Positions 1-11,400 of a stretch of 64,000 nt of DNA are shown one piece after another (the stretch's first letter is position 1; each line of letters begins with the position of its first letter). The DNA is from Octopus bimaculoides. Taxonomy: Eukaryota. The notes under the pieces were generated by a model, which was not told the DNA's origin, searched no databases, and was given only the letters and a program-made list of their open reading frames with translations. The position numbers and the translations under genes are program-made. The DNA lies in the NCBI RefSeq assembly GCF_001194135.2, contig NC_068998.1, positions 35,959,959 through 36,023,958 of the forward strand, given 5' to 3'.

Positions 1-195
1 GTGCGCTGTGGTGGTGTAGTGGTGTGTGCTGTGGTGGTGTTGAGATGTGGGAGAGGCGAGAGTGGGGGAAGCAAGGGTGGGTCTAAGGGATGGGGTCGGG
101 GTAGGATGGGATGGGATGGTAGGGTTGGAATGTGTAGAGGTGGGATAACGAGGGAAGGAGTGACGATGAAGGGAAAGGGTGGAAGGGAGAAGGTG

Positions 196-1155
196 GATAG
201 CGAATGGTCAGCTCGAAAATGCTTTAAACGGTTTCGCAGTGGAAACCTGAGCTCTGAAGATTGTGAGTGTAGTGGGTGCCCATCTGTTATTGATGACGGT
301 CAATTAAAGACTGTCGTTGAGAAAGATCTACGTAAAACCACTCGAGAACAGACTAAAGAACCTCAAGTTAGCCAGAAAACTGCCTGCAATCATTTGCATG
401 CTATCGGAAAATCAAAAAAGCTCGACAAATGGGTACATGATTTGAATGAAATCAGAAAATGCGCAGGTATGAAATTTGCTCCCGGCTTTTTCTCCGTAAC
501 CAGACCGATCCATTTTTCGACCGTATTGTAACTTGTGATAAAAAGTGGATTCTGTACAATAATAAAAAACGTTTTTCGCAGTGGATGGACCGAAATGAAG
601 CACCGAAAACCTTTCTTAAGAAGGTTATGGTGACTGTTTGGTGGTGTACTGCTGGACTCAACCACTATAACTTCTTAAAACCTGGAAAAACAATTACTGC
701 AGAAGCATAATGCCATGAAATTGCCAAAATGAACGAATAACTGCTACTCCTCCGTCCTAGACAGGTCAACATAAGTAGGCCAATCATTCTGCATAACAAT
801 GCTCGGCAACGCGCTTCACTAATGATGCTCCAGAAATTGAGGAAACTTGGTTTCGAAGTTCTTCCCCATCCAGTTTATTCCACAGACCTTTCTCCTACCG
901 ACTACTACTTTTTCAAACACCTCGATGGTTTCCTACGAGAGAAGGAGTTCAAAAATGAAACCGATGCTGAAAGTGCGTTCAAAGAGTTCTTCAATTTCAG
1001 AACTCCAGATTTTTGTTACTTGTAACTCGTTGGCAAAAATGTGTTGATTGTAATAATGGTATTTACTTTGATGAATAAAATTTCCGCATTGTTCAAAAAT
1101 ATTGTGATTAATTTCATGTTTCAAAACGTTGGTTACTTTTTACTCAGCCTCATAT
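196..1155 (+). mobile_element. Mariner (HsMar1/cecropia-like DD34D) transposon remnant, frameshifted and 5'-truncated
   Basis: Fragmented frames give ARKCFKRFRSGNLS..SGCPSVIDDGQLKTVVE, KLDKWVHDL, RIVTCDKKWILYNN, KKVMVTVWW, LPHPVYSTDLSPTDYYFF; degenerate 3' TIR AAAACGTTGGTTACTTTTTACTCAGCCTCATA-TA near 1123-1155. Confidence 0.92.
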
Positions 1156-1627
1156 ATATNNNNNNNNNNNNNNNNNNNNNNNNNNNNNNNNNNNNNNNNN
1201 NNNNNNNNNNNNNNNNNNNNNNNNNNNNNNNNNNNNNNNNNNNNNNNNNNNNNNNNNNNNNNNNNNNNNNNNNNNNNNNNNNNNNNNNNNNNNNNNNNNN
1301 NNNNNNNNNNNNNNNNNNNNNNNNNNNNNNNNNNNNNNNNNNNNNNNNNNNNNNNNNNNNNNNNNNNNNNNNNNNNNNNNNNNNNNNNNNNNNNNNNNNN
1401 NNNNNNNNNNNNNNNNNNNNNNNNNNNNNNNNNNNNNNNNNNNNNNNNNNNNNNNNNNNNNNNNNNNNNNNNNNNNNNNNNNNNNNNNNNNNNNNNNNNN
1501 NNNNNNNNNNNNNNNNNNNNNNNNNNNNNNNNNNNNNNNNNNNNNNNNNNNNNNNNNNNNNNNNNNNNNNNNNNNNAGTAGATATTTATAAAAAACAAGA
1601 ACGAAAATACTTTCTTAAAATTGGGTA

Positions 1628-1693
1628 CATTTTAGTTTTCCTTTTACATGTTTCGGTTTCTGAAAAACCTTATCAAAAATATGTACTAAAATG
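1628..1693 (-). ncRNA. Minimal type I hammerhead ribozyme motif (U3-A8 core variant), probably from a Penelope-like pLTR
   Basis: Minus strand reads CAUUUUAGU-acaua-UUU | UUGAUAA | GGUUU-uucag-AAACC | GAAAC-AU-GUA | AAA-ggaaa-ACUAAAAUG: core, 5-bp stem II, palindromic ACAUGU stem III, GUA cleavage triplet, and stem I of 3+9 bp around a 5x5 internal loop. Confidence 0.7.
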
Positions 1694-2024
1694 GAATATG
1701 TAAAGAGAAAAGAACTATTAAAAAAATTAAATTAAAATTAAAATTAAGATTAACATTCATAGTTTACTTTCCTTTTTCCTGCAAGAACACGTGATAATAT
1801 CCTTTGGTTCTGGTAGCATGACAAGTTCAACCTACTGTGACGGCAAATTATTACTATCTGTCTTCGTAAATTGAATAGTGTGGTCAAGACTTGTTTTCTT
1901 AGGAATGACTATAGCCGTCGAATAACTAGCAGCAGTAATAATGATAGTTGTGATGAAGTTGTTCTCACTGTGGTTTTAATAGAAATCGGGTTCTTCGACC
2001 GCTTGTCTTTAAGGGTCCTGAAGT

Positions 2025-2440
2025 GATGCGACACAATACTTGCAGCATATTTATGGCGTCTAAAGGACGATCCGATCACTAGGTGGAAATTATTGGAAAC
2101 TAGCGGACCCTATCACAATGGAACAAGACTTTGTAAATATATAATCCTTATGAACTCACACGAGCCAGGAGGCTACCTGAACTCCAGGACGGAAGCTGTG
2201 GGGAGTTGCCCACATTTTCGGAAATGTTTACTTCAAAATTGGAAAACCTAGCTATCAAGCGAAAGAAGACAACTCGCTCGGCCATAATTTTTTCAGAGGA
2301 ATATTTCTTCAACTATCACCGGCGTTCTTGTGTTTTTAAAAAAACATCCTTTGCAGAGAACAGTTATCGTTTAGAGAAACTGGAGATATGTCTAGTTCAC
2401 GCTAGATATGAAACCAGTGGGGTTTTTCTAAAACTTTTAC
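2025..2440 (+). mobile_element. Penelope-like element (Neptune-type) 3' end: GIY-YIG endonuclease C-terminus and pLTR
   Basis: Frame AAYLWRLKDDPITRWKLLETSGPYHNGTRLCKYIILMNSHEPGGYLNSRTEAVGSCPHFRKCLLQNWKT* (stop 2249-51) resembles the Neptune C-terminal YIWxLK..W.IL..A.PY..G...C..LNxRxE..S.C.H motif; a hammerhead-like motif follows. Confidence 0.8.
2375..2429 (+). ncRNA. Degenerate minimal hammerhead motif in the PLE 3' region
   Basis: AGAAA | CUGGAGA-U | AUGUCUAG-uucacg-CUAGAUAU | GAAACC-agugg-GGUU | UUUCU: 5-bp stem I and 8-bp stem II, but A6 is G and the cleavage triplet is GUU. Confidence 0.55.
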
Positions 2441-2461
2441 TTTACACATACAAATATATAT

Positions 2462-2833
2462 ATTTGTGGCACTCCGTCGGTTNNNNNNNNNNNNNNNNNN
2501 NNNNNNNNNNNNNNNNNNNNNNNNNNNNNNNNNNNNNNNNNNNNNNNNNNNNNNNNNNNNNNNNNNNNNNNNNNNNNNNNNNNNNNNNNNNNNNNNNNNN
2601 NNNNNNNNNNNNNNNNNNNNNNNNNNNNNNNNNNNNNNNNNNNNNNNNNNNNNNNNNNNNNNNNNNNNNNNNNNNNNNNNNNNNNNNNNNNNNNNNNNNN
2701 NNNNNNNNNNNNNNNNNNNNAGATGTAGGTGTTTTTGCTCCATAAACACTCACAACGCCCGGTCTGGGAATCGAAACCGCAACTCTATGACCGCGAGTCC
2801 GCTTCCCTAGCCACTGGGTCATTGCACCTCCAC
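2462..2833 (-). mobile_element. tRNA-derived SINE spanning an N gap
   Basis: Reverse complement of 2721-2833 has A box TGACCCAGTGG and B box GTTTCGATTCC in a tRNA-like head; the probable 3' end lies at 2462-2482. Confidence 0.7.
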
Positions 2834-2834
2834 A

Positions 2835-3990
2835 TATATATACAAATACCTAAATAGATAATATATATACAAACATACATATACACACACATGCACGTGT
2901 ACAAACATATAAACAAACTTTATTTCACCTTTATATTTTTTATTTATTCTTTATTCTTTATTTCTTATTTCTGCTTATTTATTTTACCTTTATTTTATTT
3001 TATTTTATTTGTAATATCTTATATTTTTAAGCAATATTATCCATAGATACATATACACATATACTATACATAAATAATGTAATCCATATGTACATATACA
3101 CATACACATGCATACATGTGAATATACATTCATACATAAACAAATTCCACTTCACTTTTATTTCTACTTTTATTTTCATTCATGTTTATTCCTTATCCCT
3201 TATTTCCACTTCCTTATTTATTTTATTTTATCTATTTTAATCATTTAATCTTACTCTTGTATACTTTAACTGACGATAATCATTATTAATTGAATTTAAA
3301 TATAAATATTAGTATCAAGTAATGCGCAAGTTAATATACACGATCGCACAAGTATTAAACATATCTAAGTATAAATAATATAATTAATTTAATAACCTTT
3401 TACCAACATGAATGCATACTTGAGAATTAATATAATAACTTAGGACGAAAACACACACACACACACACATACACACACATGTATGTATATAAACACACAC
3501 ACAATAATACAGAAACAAGGACATTCATACTTGTTTAATATGTATATATCCACACACATATACACGCACGAACATGAATTTATTTCAATGTATTTCATTT
3601 TCGTACATTCTATTTACTTTTATTTACTTTATTCTATTTATTTTATTTACTTAATTTTATTTTATTCTTACTTTGTTTTATTATATGTTTATTTTATTTT
3701 TATTTATTATTTTTATTTTATTTTATTTTTGCACCTATTTACCTTAATATATATACCTCAATAAGTAACTTAGAAAAGAACATTTATTCGAATACACATG
3801 CATATTGATGTATAAACAATTGACATCCATACTTGTTGAGTGTATATATGTATATATATTTATATATATACATATACGCATGCTCATACGCTCATACGTA
3901 TACAAACACGTGTATAAATTTTGTTTCACTTTTACTTTGTTTTATTCCTTATGTATTTTTACTCTTGTATACTATAATCCATTATTCATA
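2835..3990. repeat. Degenerate modular AT-rich repeat: alternating (CA/TA)-rich and (TTTATT)-rich blocks, about 4 cycles
   Basis: ATACACAT-rich segments followed by TTTATTTT-rich segments recur at ~2835, ~3045, ~3450 and ~3780. Confidence 0.5.
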
Positions 3991-4010
3991 ACAACAACAA
4001 CAACAACAAC

Positions 4011-4055
<45 letters not shown>

Positions 4056-4084
4056 TATTATTATTATTATTATTATTATTGTTA

Positions 4085-5195
4085 TTATTATTTATTGTCT
4101 TTACACAGCTTCTATCGCTAGAGATGTACTACGGTGCCAGCTGTTCACTACCAGTGAACCAAAGTAACACACCTTATTTTTCGAGCACCATCGGGAGTAT
4201 TCGAGCGGTTCCAAGCAGTGCTGTTTTCTGCAAGTGCTCCACCCTTATTGCAGCCCTATTTGTTCCATGTGCTTTTCAAGACTTTTACTTACTATTCCCA
4301 GGGCTCCGACAATTATTGGTACTACTATCACCTTTTTCAGCGACTACAACTGCTTAACCTCCCAAACTAACCTGTCATATCTATCGACTTTTCTTCCTTC
4401 ATTATCGCATACCTTGTTGTCAGCTGGGCATGCTATATCTATGGTCCAGCATCGTTTGCTTTCTTTCTCAATTAACACTATGTCTGACTTCCTATTCTCT
4501 ATCTCATGATCACATTGAATCATAAAATCCCATAGGATCTTTGCATTATTATTTTCGATGATGCCTTCGGGTTTATGTTCGTACCACTTTACTCTGTCAA
4601 GTCCATACTTGTTTCAAAGTGTCCAATGGACAATCCTTGCTATATTGTCATGACGTCTCTTATATTCTTTCTGGGCTAGTGGCGTACATTGACTGGTAAT
4701 ATGCTATACGTCTTCACCATTTTGTCCACAGATTCTGCATTTATCACTTTCTGCTGTGTTGTCTATTCTGTATTTGATGTAATTCGTTCTTAGTGCTTGC
4801 TCTTGGGCAGCACAGATTAGAGAATCCGTTTCTGGTTTTAAATCACTTTTAGTCATCCATAGCCATCTTTTTTCTCCGTCTGTCTTATCTTCAACATACC
4901 TATGAAATTGTGCATGCATTGTTTTCCTTATCCACCTATTTTCAGTTTCATTCGTTCTTCCATCCTACACAAGCCTGACCTTCTTACTTCCAATAATAGT
5001 GGTTCTGTGGCATTTTTTATATACCACGCTATGTTGTTTTCTTCTGCTCTAACACTGTGTTCGCATCCAATAAGTCCTCTTCCCCCTATTTTGTTTGGTA
5101 CATACAGTCTATTTGTGTCACTTTTTGGGCGGAGTATCCCATATCTAGTCAGCAACTTCCTTGTCTTTCTGACTAAGCTGTTTAGTTCGTCTACT
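4085..5195 (-). mobile_element. R4/Dong-clade non-LTR retrotransposon, 5'-truncated (RT C-terminus, CCHC finger, restriction-like endonuclease, 3'UTR, TAA tail)
   Basis: RKTRKLLTRYGILRPKSDTNRLYVPNKIGGRGL; WLWMTKSDLKPETDSLICAAQEQALRTNYIK..KCRICG; downstream RHDNIARIVHW and RKSDIVLIEK..IDIACP REL motif; ends VLEK* followed by ~110 nt UTR and (TAA)n. Confidence 0.85.
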
Positions 5196-5205
5196 GTTAT
5201 TGTTG

Positions 5206-5278
<73 letters not shown>

Positions 5279-5306
5279 CATCATCATCATCATCATCATC
5301 ATCATT

Positions 5307-5346
<40 letters not shown>

Positions 5347-5372
5347 CTATTATTATTATTATTATTATTATT
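5186..5372. repeat. Compound (GTT)(ATT)n(ATC)n microsatellite; a similar (AAC)(AAT)n(ATT)n tract lies at 3991-4092
   Basis: Directly visible; the two tracts flank the R4/Dong fragment. Confidence 0.95.
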
Positions 5373-5809
5373 GAATTAAAAATAAAAGTAATAGTTTTAA
5401 CACATGGGTGCACACACACATACATACATAAGAGACATGACAATATATTCTGGGTATTCCAACGGATCATAATGTAATCCTTGTATTGTCCTTCGTGCAC
5501 CCTGAAGATTTTCTATCCAAGGTATTTAAAAATACAAAATTATATATCTATATATGTTTTGTAGTTTAAATTTTGGTTGTGAAATGAAACAATTGTAGGT
5601 GAATATGTTAATTAATAAATAAATTAATTTGTATCCATTAGATCCCTCTGTTTTCAAACTTAATAATAATATTTTATATTTTATATTTTATGTAATATAT
5701 TTGTTGAAGAAATATCTCTTCAAAACACAATAAATTAAACCAGTGTATCTTGGATAGAAATATCCCCATAAGAGATCTAAATATCCTATTGTGACTATAT
5801 ATATATATA

Positions 5810-7200
5810 TCTTCTATATATATATATAAAAATGAGAATGTGTGTCTGTCTGTCTGTCTGTCTGTCTGTGTGAATCCCTAAAACTCGAGAACTACGCAAC
5901 CAATTTCATTCAAATTTTACACATGCCTTACTTAGGGTTCCAGTTGTGTTTTAGTCAAAAAAAACTATTAACTTCTTGCAGAGTTCGAGCACACGGCAAC
6001 ATAATATCTCCTCCACTATTTAAGTATTACGTGTCAAAAGTGAAACAAAAACACTCATGTCAAATACTTTCACTTTAAAAATGAAACTATTCCACTAACT
6101 GAAACAATCACATTTCGATACTGTAGTGACATATACTTTCACAGAGAGAGAAAGAGAGAGACAGAGAGATGTATATGTATACATATACATGTATATGTNN
6201 NNNNNNNNNNNNNNNNNNNNNNNNNNNNNNNNNNNNNNNNNNNNNNNNNNNNNNNNNNNNNNNNNNNNNNNNNNNNNNNNNNNNNNNNNNNNNNNNNNNN
6301 NNNNNNNNNNNNNNNNNNNNNNNNNNNNNNNNNNNNNNNNNNNNNNNNNNNNNNNNNNNNNNNNNNNNNNNNNNNNNNNNNNNNNNNNNNNNNNNNNNNN
6401 NNNNNNNNNNNNNNNNNNNNNNNNNNNNNNNNNNNNNNNNNNNNNNNNNNNNNNNNNNNNNNNNNNNNNNNNNNNNNNNNNNNNNNNNNNNNNNNNNNNN
6501 NNNNNNNNNNNNNNNNNNNNNNNNNNNNNNNNNNNNNNNNNNNNNNNNNNNNNNNNNNNNNNNNNNNNNNNNNNNNNNNNNNNNNNNNNNNNNNNNNNNN
6601 NNNNNNNNNNNNNNNNNNNNNNNNNNNNNNNNNNNNNNNNNNNNNNNNNNNNNNNNNNNNNNNNNNNNNNNNNNNNNNNNNNNNNNNNNNNNNNNNNNNN
6701 NNNNNNNNNNNNNNNNNNNNNNNNNNNNNNNNNNNNNNNNNNNNNNNNNNNNNNNNNNNNNNNNNNNNNNNNNNNNNNNNNNNNNNNNNNNNNNNNNNNN
6801 NNNNNNNNNNNNNNNNNNNNNNNNNNNNNNNNNNNNNNNNNNNNNNNNNNNNNNNNNNNNNNNNNNNNGCCCTGCTTCTCACATGGACAACTGTATGTTG
6901 GCTGCTCAAGAGTGGGCAGCAACAAAAAACCTATTTGTATATGCTCCACAAGGGAAAACAAGGAACATAGTTTACAATGAGGTGTTATAATCACAACAGC
7001 AAGAAAGTATGTACATGATCACCTTCTTTTACGAAACTTCATTGACTTTCATATATTTATATTGATATACATATATATACGTGTGTTTGGGTGCGTGTGT
7101 GTATATACATCTCTATATATAAAGATGATGCGTAGTCTAGACGGCGTTTTTAGATTTCATTATTCTCTTTAACCCGGGCAACGCCGGGTATTTCTGCTAG
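5810..7200 (+). mobile_element. Non-autonomous Helitron/HINE-like element with an internal gap
   Basis: 5' A|TCTTCTATATATATAAAAATGAG followed by (GTCT)n; 3' hairpin CCCGGGCAACGCCGGG then TATTTCTGCTAG|T at 7200. Confidence 0.75.
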
Positions 7201-7955
7201 TATATATATATATATAAAGTTGCTTATGGCTTTTTTCAGTCTGCAGAGAAATGACTAAAATTTGCCGTGCTTATAGTTATGCCATATGTTACGTATATAT
7301 TATATCATACCTTGATACTGAGTAGACTAAGATCCCCGTTGACTTAAAGCTGTTTCTAGTAGTCATTATAGATTCATTATTGATTAGTCAACCCAATTGG
7401 CCCATTGATCGTTTGAGAAAAATTGAACGACCTAATGCTACTTTCGTCAGAATCATTTCTGGTTATAACAAAGCAGAAGTGAAGGAAGGGTATCAGTATG
7501 GGGAGGAAAGACGCTTTTTTATTTTTTCATTATTTTGAGGTGACATGGCTTTCTCTCTTTAGCTACACCTCTGAAATTGCAATTTGTATTTATAACATTT
7601 TCCTGGTCTTATTTTCTCGTCTTTCTCGGAGACGGCTACTCTCTCTCTCCTGCGGAGTGCATATATGGAGTTCAGGGCATGTGGAACTGGAACGATCGAT
7701 AATAGATCCCGTTACATAACAGCACATGTAACTTTGCCAGCCTGAAGCTTGAAAGGGTCCACCAGGCAGAAATATCACTCGCTTGAGTGGTCAGTGGCTT
7801 TTTGCCAAAATTTTTAAGGCAGTGATTTTCATGGCTCACTTTTACCTTCTGTAGTATCCTAATAAAAGGCAAAATGAAATTGATATTAAGAAGAAATTAA
7901 TTAGTTTTACACATGATTAATGTATTTATTTCATATCTTATGTATTTTTGTATAA

Positions 7956-8424
7956 CACTGGAAATTAGATTAAAAAAAAAAAACAATAATGTAAATTTTG
8001 AAATTCTAAAATTTGCCATAATATAAAATTCCACTATTCAAACAAACAAAACTTCACGAATTCTTCATTTTTCTCTGCTCGCAGGTGAAATGGGGTGCCG
8101 CAGATTTATTTTGATTCCCCACAACCATACTGATATATGCCCTGTAGGCCTCACATATTTTAGTGGATGCTACCACAGGGTAACATTTCGCTCTTGTCTT
8201 AATAAATTGGCCACAGACATAGCCAAGAATGTCTTTCAGCTTCTTAACGGCATTCCTGATAAATGAGGATAGGATGATGCATTTTAGCACAGTCATGCCT
8301 TTTGGCATCGCTGATACGACGCTGACTTATTTGACATGAGACGTTTTAATGTTTCTCTCGTTCATTCCCTCTCCTCTTTCTCTTTTTCTGTGTGAGTGAC
8401 TAGTTATATTGTATGCATGTGTAA

Positions 8425-8486
<62 letters not shown>

Positions 8487-8627
8487 GAGCTATCAACTTC
8501 TATCTATCGCTCTCTCGCTCTCACTCTATCAGTATGTGTATATTTCTGCACTAGCGCGTGTGTGCGTGTTTGCCTCTAGCGCCAAAACAGATTGAATGTC
8601 CTGTCAGCCGTGCCAAAATTATTAGTG
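7956..8627 (-). mobile_element. Deleted DNA transposon with an N-terminal transposase fragment, probably Chapaev3-like (CMC)
   Basis: GYVCGQFIKTRAKCYPVVASTKICEAYRAYISMVVGNQNKSAAPHFTCE matches the FCYxCG..AYxAYFG..GDQDKxWAPH family; ends CACTGGAAATT and (reverse complement) CACTAATAATT flanked by TAA/TTA. The superfamily assignment is from memory. Confidence 0.55.
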
Positions 8628-10559
8628 TTATAAGTATCATAAATAGTATTTATAATACTATTATATAACTGAAAAGTTCCGGAAAATTATAAAAATTTAT
8701 TGAGACTTCTCCATAGTTCGAGAAACTTCTTTTTTAGCCACTCAGCACCGAACTCATCTGGAATGTTCTAGAAAATTGTTAAATTTCAAAATATCATTAC
8801 CGAAGTCACAAAGTCACGAAGGCAAAGTTTGACGAGGATAATAACCATTACATGCGCATTTTAGATGTATGGAATAAGGTAATAGCATTTACTTTGGAGG
8901 AAAATATTAGAAAAAGGAAACATTTTTGTTTTACATTATGTAATTTCGCTGAGGTTTAGACATTTTATTTCCTGCGTGTTCAGAACAAATACAATGTTGT
9001 CACTTACTTGCCAATTGTTAAAAAAGAAAAAAAAGAAAAAAAAGAAAAATAATAAGAATAAATGTTTATGGAGCTAAAGCAAAAAGACCAAAAAACTGAC
9101 AGAAATGTGTCTTGTAATAAAACACTAATTAAATAGCAATTTAAATCTATACAAGCACAGGTGTAACTGACAACAATTGCATGTGAGGATTCCTGCTAAT
9201 TCTGCTTCTTGAGAATTATGTTAATGTTACATGTGTGTCTGTGAAATATATATATAGCCACTTGGCTAGTTGATAAATCGATTGGCCGCTCATAGAATGC
9301 TCTCGACGGTAGAGCCCACCCTCACCACCATCTATCACCACCACCACCACCATCATCATCGACGTCGTCATCGTAATCCTCACCATCATCTTTGTCATTG
9401 TCATAGATCTCATTGTCTTTTAAGAAAGCTTCGTTATTGGCAATTGCTCTATCATAACTTAAGTGTGTAGTCATTTTTATACATTCTCCATGATCCAAAT
9501 GCTGGGAAAAGTATCTTAGAAAAACATAGAACCTATTATATCAATAACACAGATGTTGTCGTAGTTGTGATATACCTGTGAAGGCTATCAGAAACATGGA
9601 AAGGAAAAAGTCTGGATGATTATTTCATTCTTCAGACAAGATGATTGTTTAGTTTGGAGATATAAGAGAATATGTTTAATTAAAAGAAGGTGACATTGTC
9701 GTCAGGGGATCCCATGTTGATTTACAAGTGAACATAAAAAACATGGAAAATGAACTTATATATATATATATATATATATAATATAATATAGGATAAAATC
9801 TTTATAAGAATTTATCAAGTAATCAGCGTGAAAAAACCTCATAATGAAAAAAAATTCATCATTTTTTTTCCATAAATATATATAATTTATATAAGGGCAT
9901 TAACTATATAGTAATGCCTCACGCTCAGAGGGACTAAATAAGTCAAAAACTACCAAAAAATAAGCAACATATATATATACACATATCTATANNNNNNNNN
10001 NNNNNNNNNNNNNNNNNNNNNNNNNNNNNNNNNNNNNNNNNNNNNNNNNNNNNNNNNNNNNNNNNNNNNNNNNNNNNNNNNNNNNNNNNNNNNNNNNNNN
10101 NNNNNNNNNNNNNNNNNNNNNNNNNNNNNNNNNNNNNNNNNNNNNNNNNNNNNNNNNNNNNNNNNNNNNNNNNNNNNNNNNNNNNNNNNNNNNNNNNNNN
10201 NNNNNNNNNNNNNNNNNNNNNNNNNNNNNNNNNNNNNNNNNNNNNNNNNNNNNNNNNNNNNNNNNNNNNNNNNNNNNNNNNNNNNNNNNNNNNNNNNNNN
10301 NNNNNNNNNNNNNNNNNNNNNNNNNNNNNNNNTATATATATATATATATATAGTTCAAAAAAACAAAAAAACAACAAAGTGAGGACGTGATATGGATAGT
10401 ATTATTGGACGCTCAGGAAAGGAAAGAGAGAGTATGTATGTATGTATAATATTGTTCATCCTGTTTACTAATCATATTTGTTTTTAACATTTGATAGCTA
10501 TGTTTTCAAGATGCTCAACCGTTAATATGTATTTTCTAGAGCCTTAGGTCTTTCGTAAG

Positions 10560-11400
10560 TTCATGGCTTGTTTATAGGCACCTTGCAGCACAGTAATTCA
10601 CTACAGTTCACCGTTTAGAAGAAAGATATCTGTGGTTAGTCGTTCTTTTGCATCGCAGCACATAAGAGAGTGATCAAACGAAATTGATTTACAAATTCTA
10701 ATTACGCTGAAGGCCACAGAGCCATAACTGAACTTTATAATACAAGGTAGAAACCTAATTGTTGCATTTGTCGTAGTAAAAATCATCCTACAGCCGGATG
10801 ACAAGAAGATCTAGAAAGACTAAAAGAGAGAAACAAAGAGAGAAACAAAATTAGTGATCAACTGAAACATCAAAAAAGACAACAAGCTCAATTTCCTGAC
10901 TACTATCAAACAATACTCAGGAATGGCAAAAGAAATTAATTTATGTCCAGTATTAGAAATAGACGAACGAATATTCCATCCTTTAACAGTATCAGCAGGT
11001 AGTATCACATTATTATCATGCAGTGAATAAATAATGGATGCAGATGAAAACCTACAAAAATGGAAGAAGAAAAGACACGACATAAAACAAACAACGAAAA
11101 CGAGAGGGAAGGAATAATTTTTCTTCTCCGACTCAGGAAAATAATGAAGAAAATGAAAAGAACAAAGCAGTTAATTATTAGACTAAATTACGTATCTATG
11201 GTGCCACGGACTTTTTAAAGAAGTTAAAATAATACAAAAACAATTGGATTCAAAATATAAACTTTCAAAAAGATGAATCATATGTAAAAATAAAACTAAG
11301 CCATAGTTCTAGGATCGTACAATGGAGACGCTTGAGTTTTTCATCACTAAATGTCATTAAAATGTGCTTATCGGTGCATCTGGTTGCACTCGTATGCAAT
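10560..11400 (+). mobile_element. Decayed LINE fragment (possible L1/Tx1 ORF1 zinc knuckle)
   Basis: Stop-interrupted frame ..EGHRAITELYNTR*KPNCCICRSKNHPTAG* contains a C-x2-C-x4-H knuckle-like motif followed by a K/E/R-rich coil. Confidence 0.35.

Noticed and set aside
1-195. First part of the 176-aa ORF at 1-531 (G-rich)
   Set aside because: Low-complexity GGGA/GGT sequence running in frame into the mariner remnant; not a gene.
9270-9470. Poly-His ORF, and poly-Ile/Met ORFs at 3805-4167 and 4902-5500
   Set aside because: Translations of (CAC/CAT)n and (ATT/ATC)n microsatellites.
9790-9830. Hammerhead-like YUGAUAA plus stem II on minus (also 57232-57260)
   Set aside because: The GAAA half of the core reads UUAU in both copies; no complete motif.
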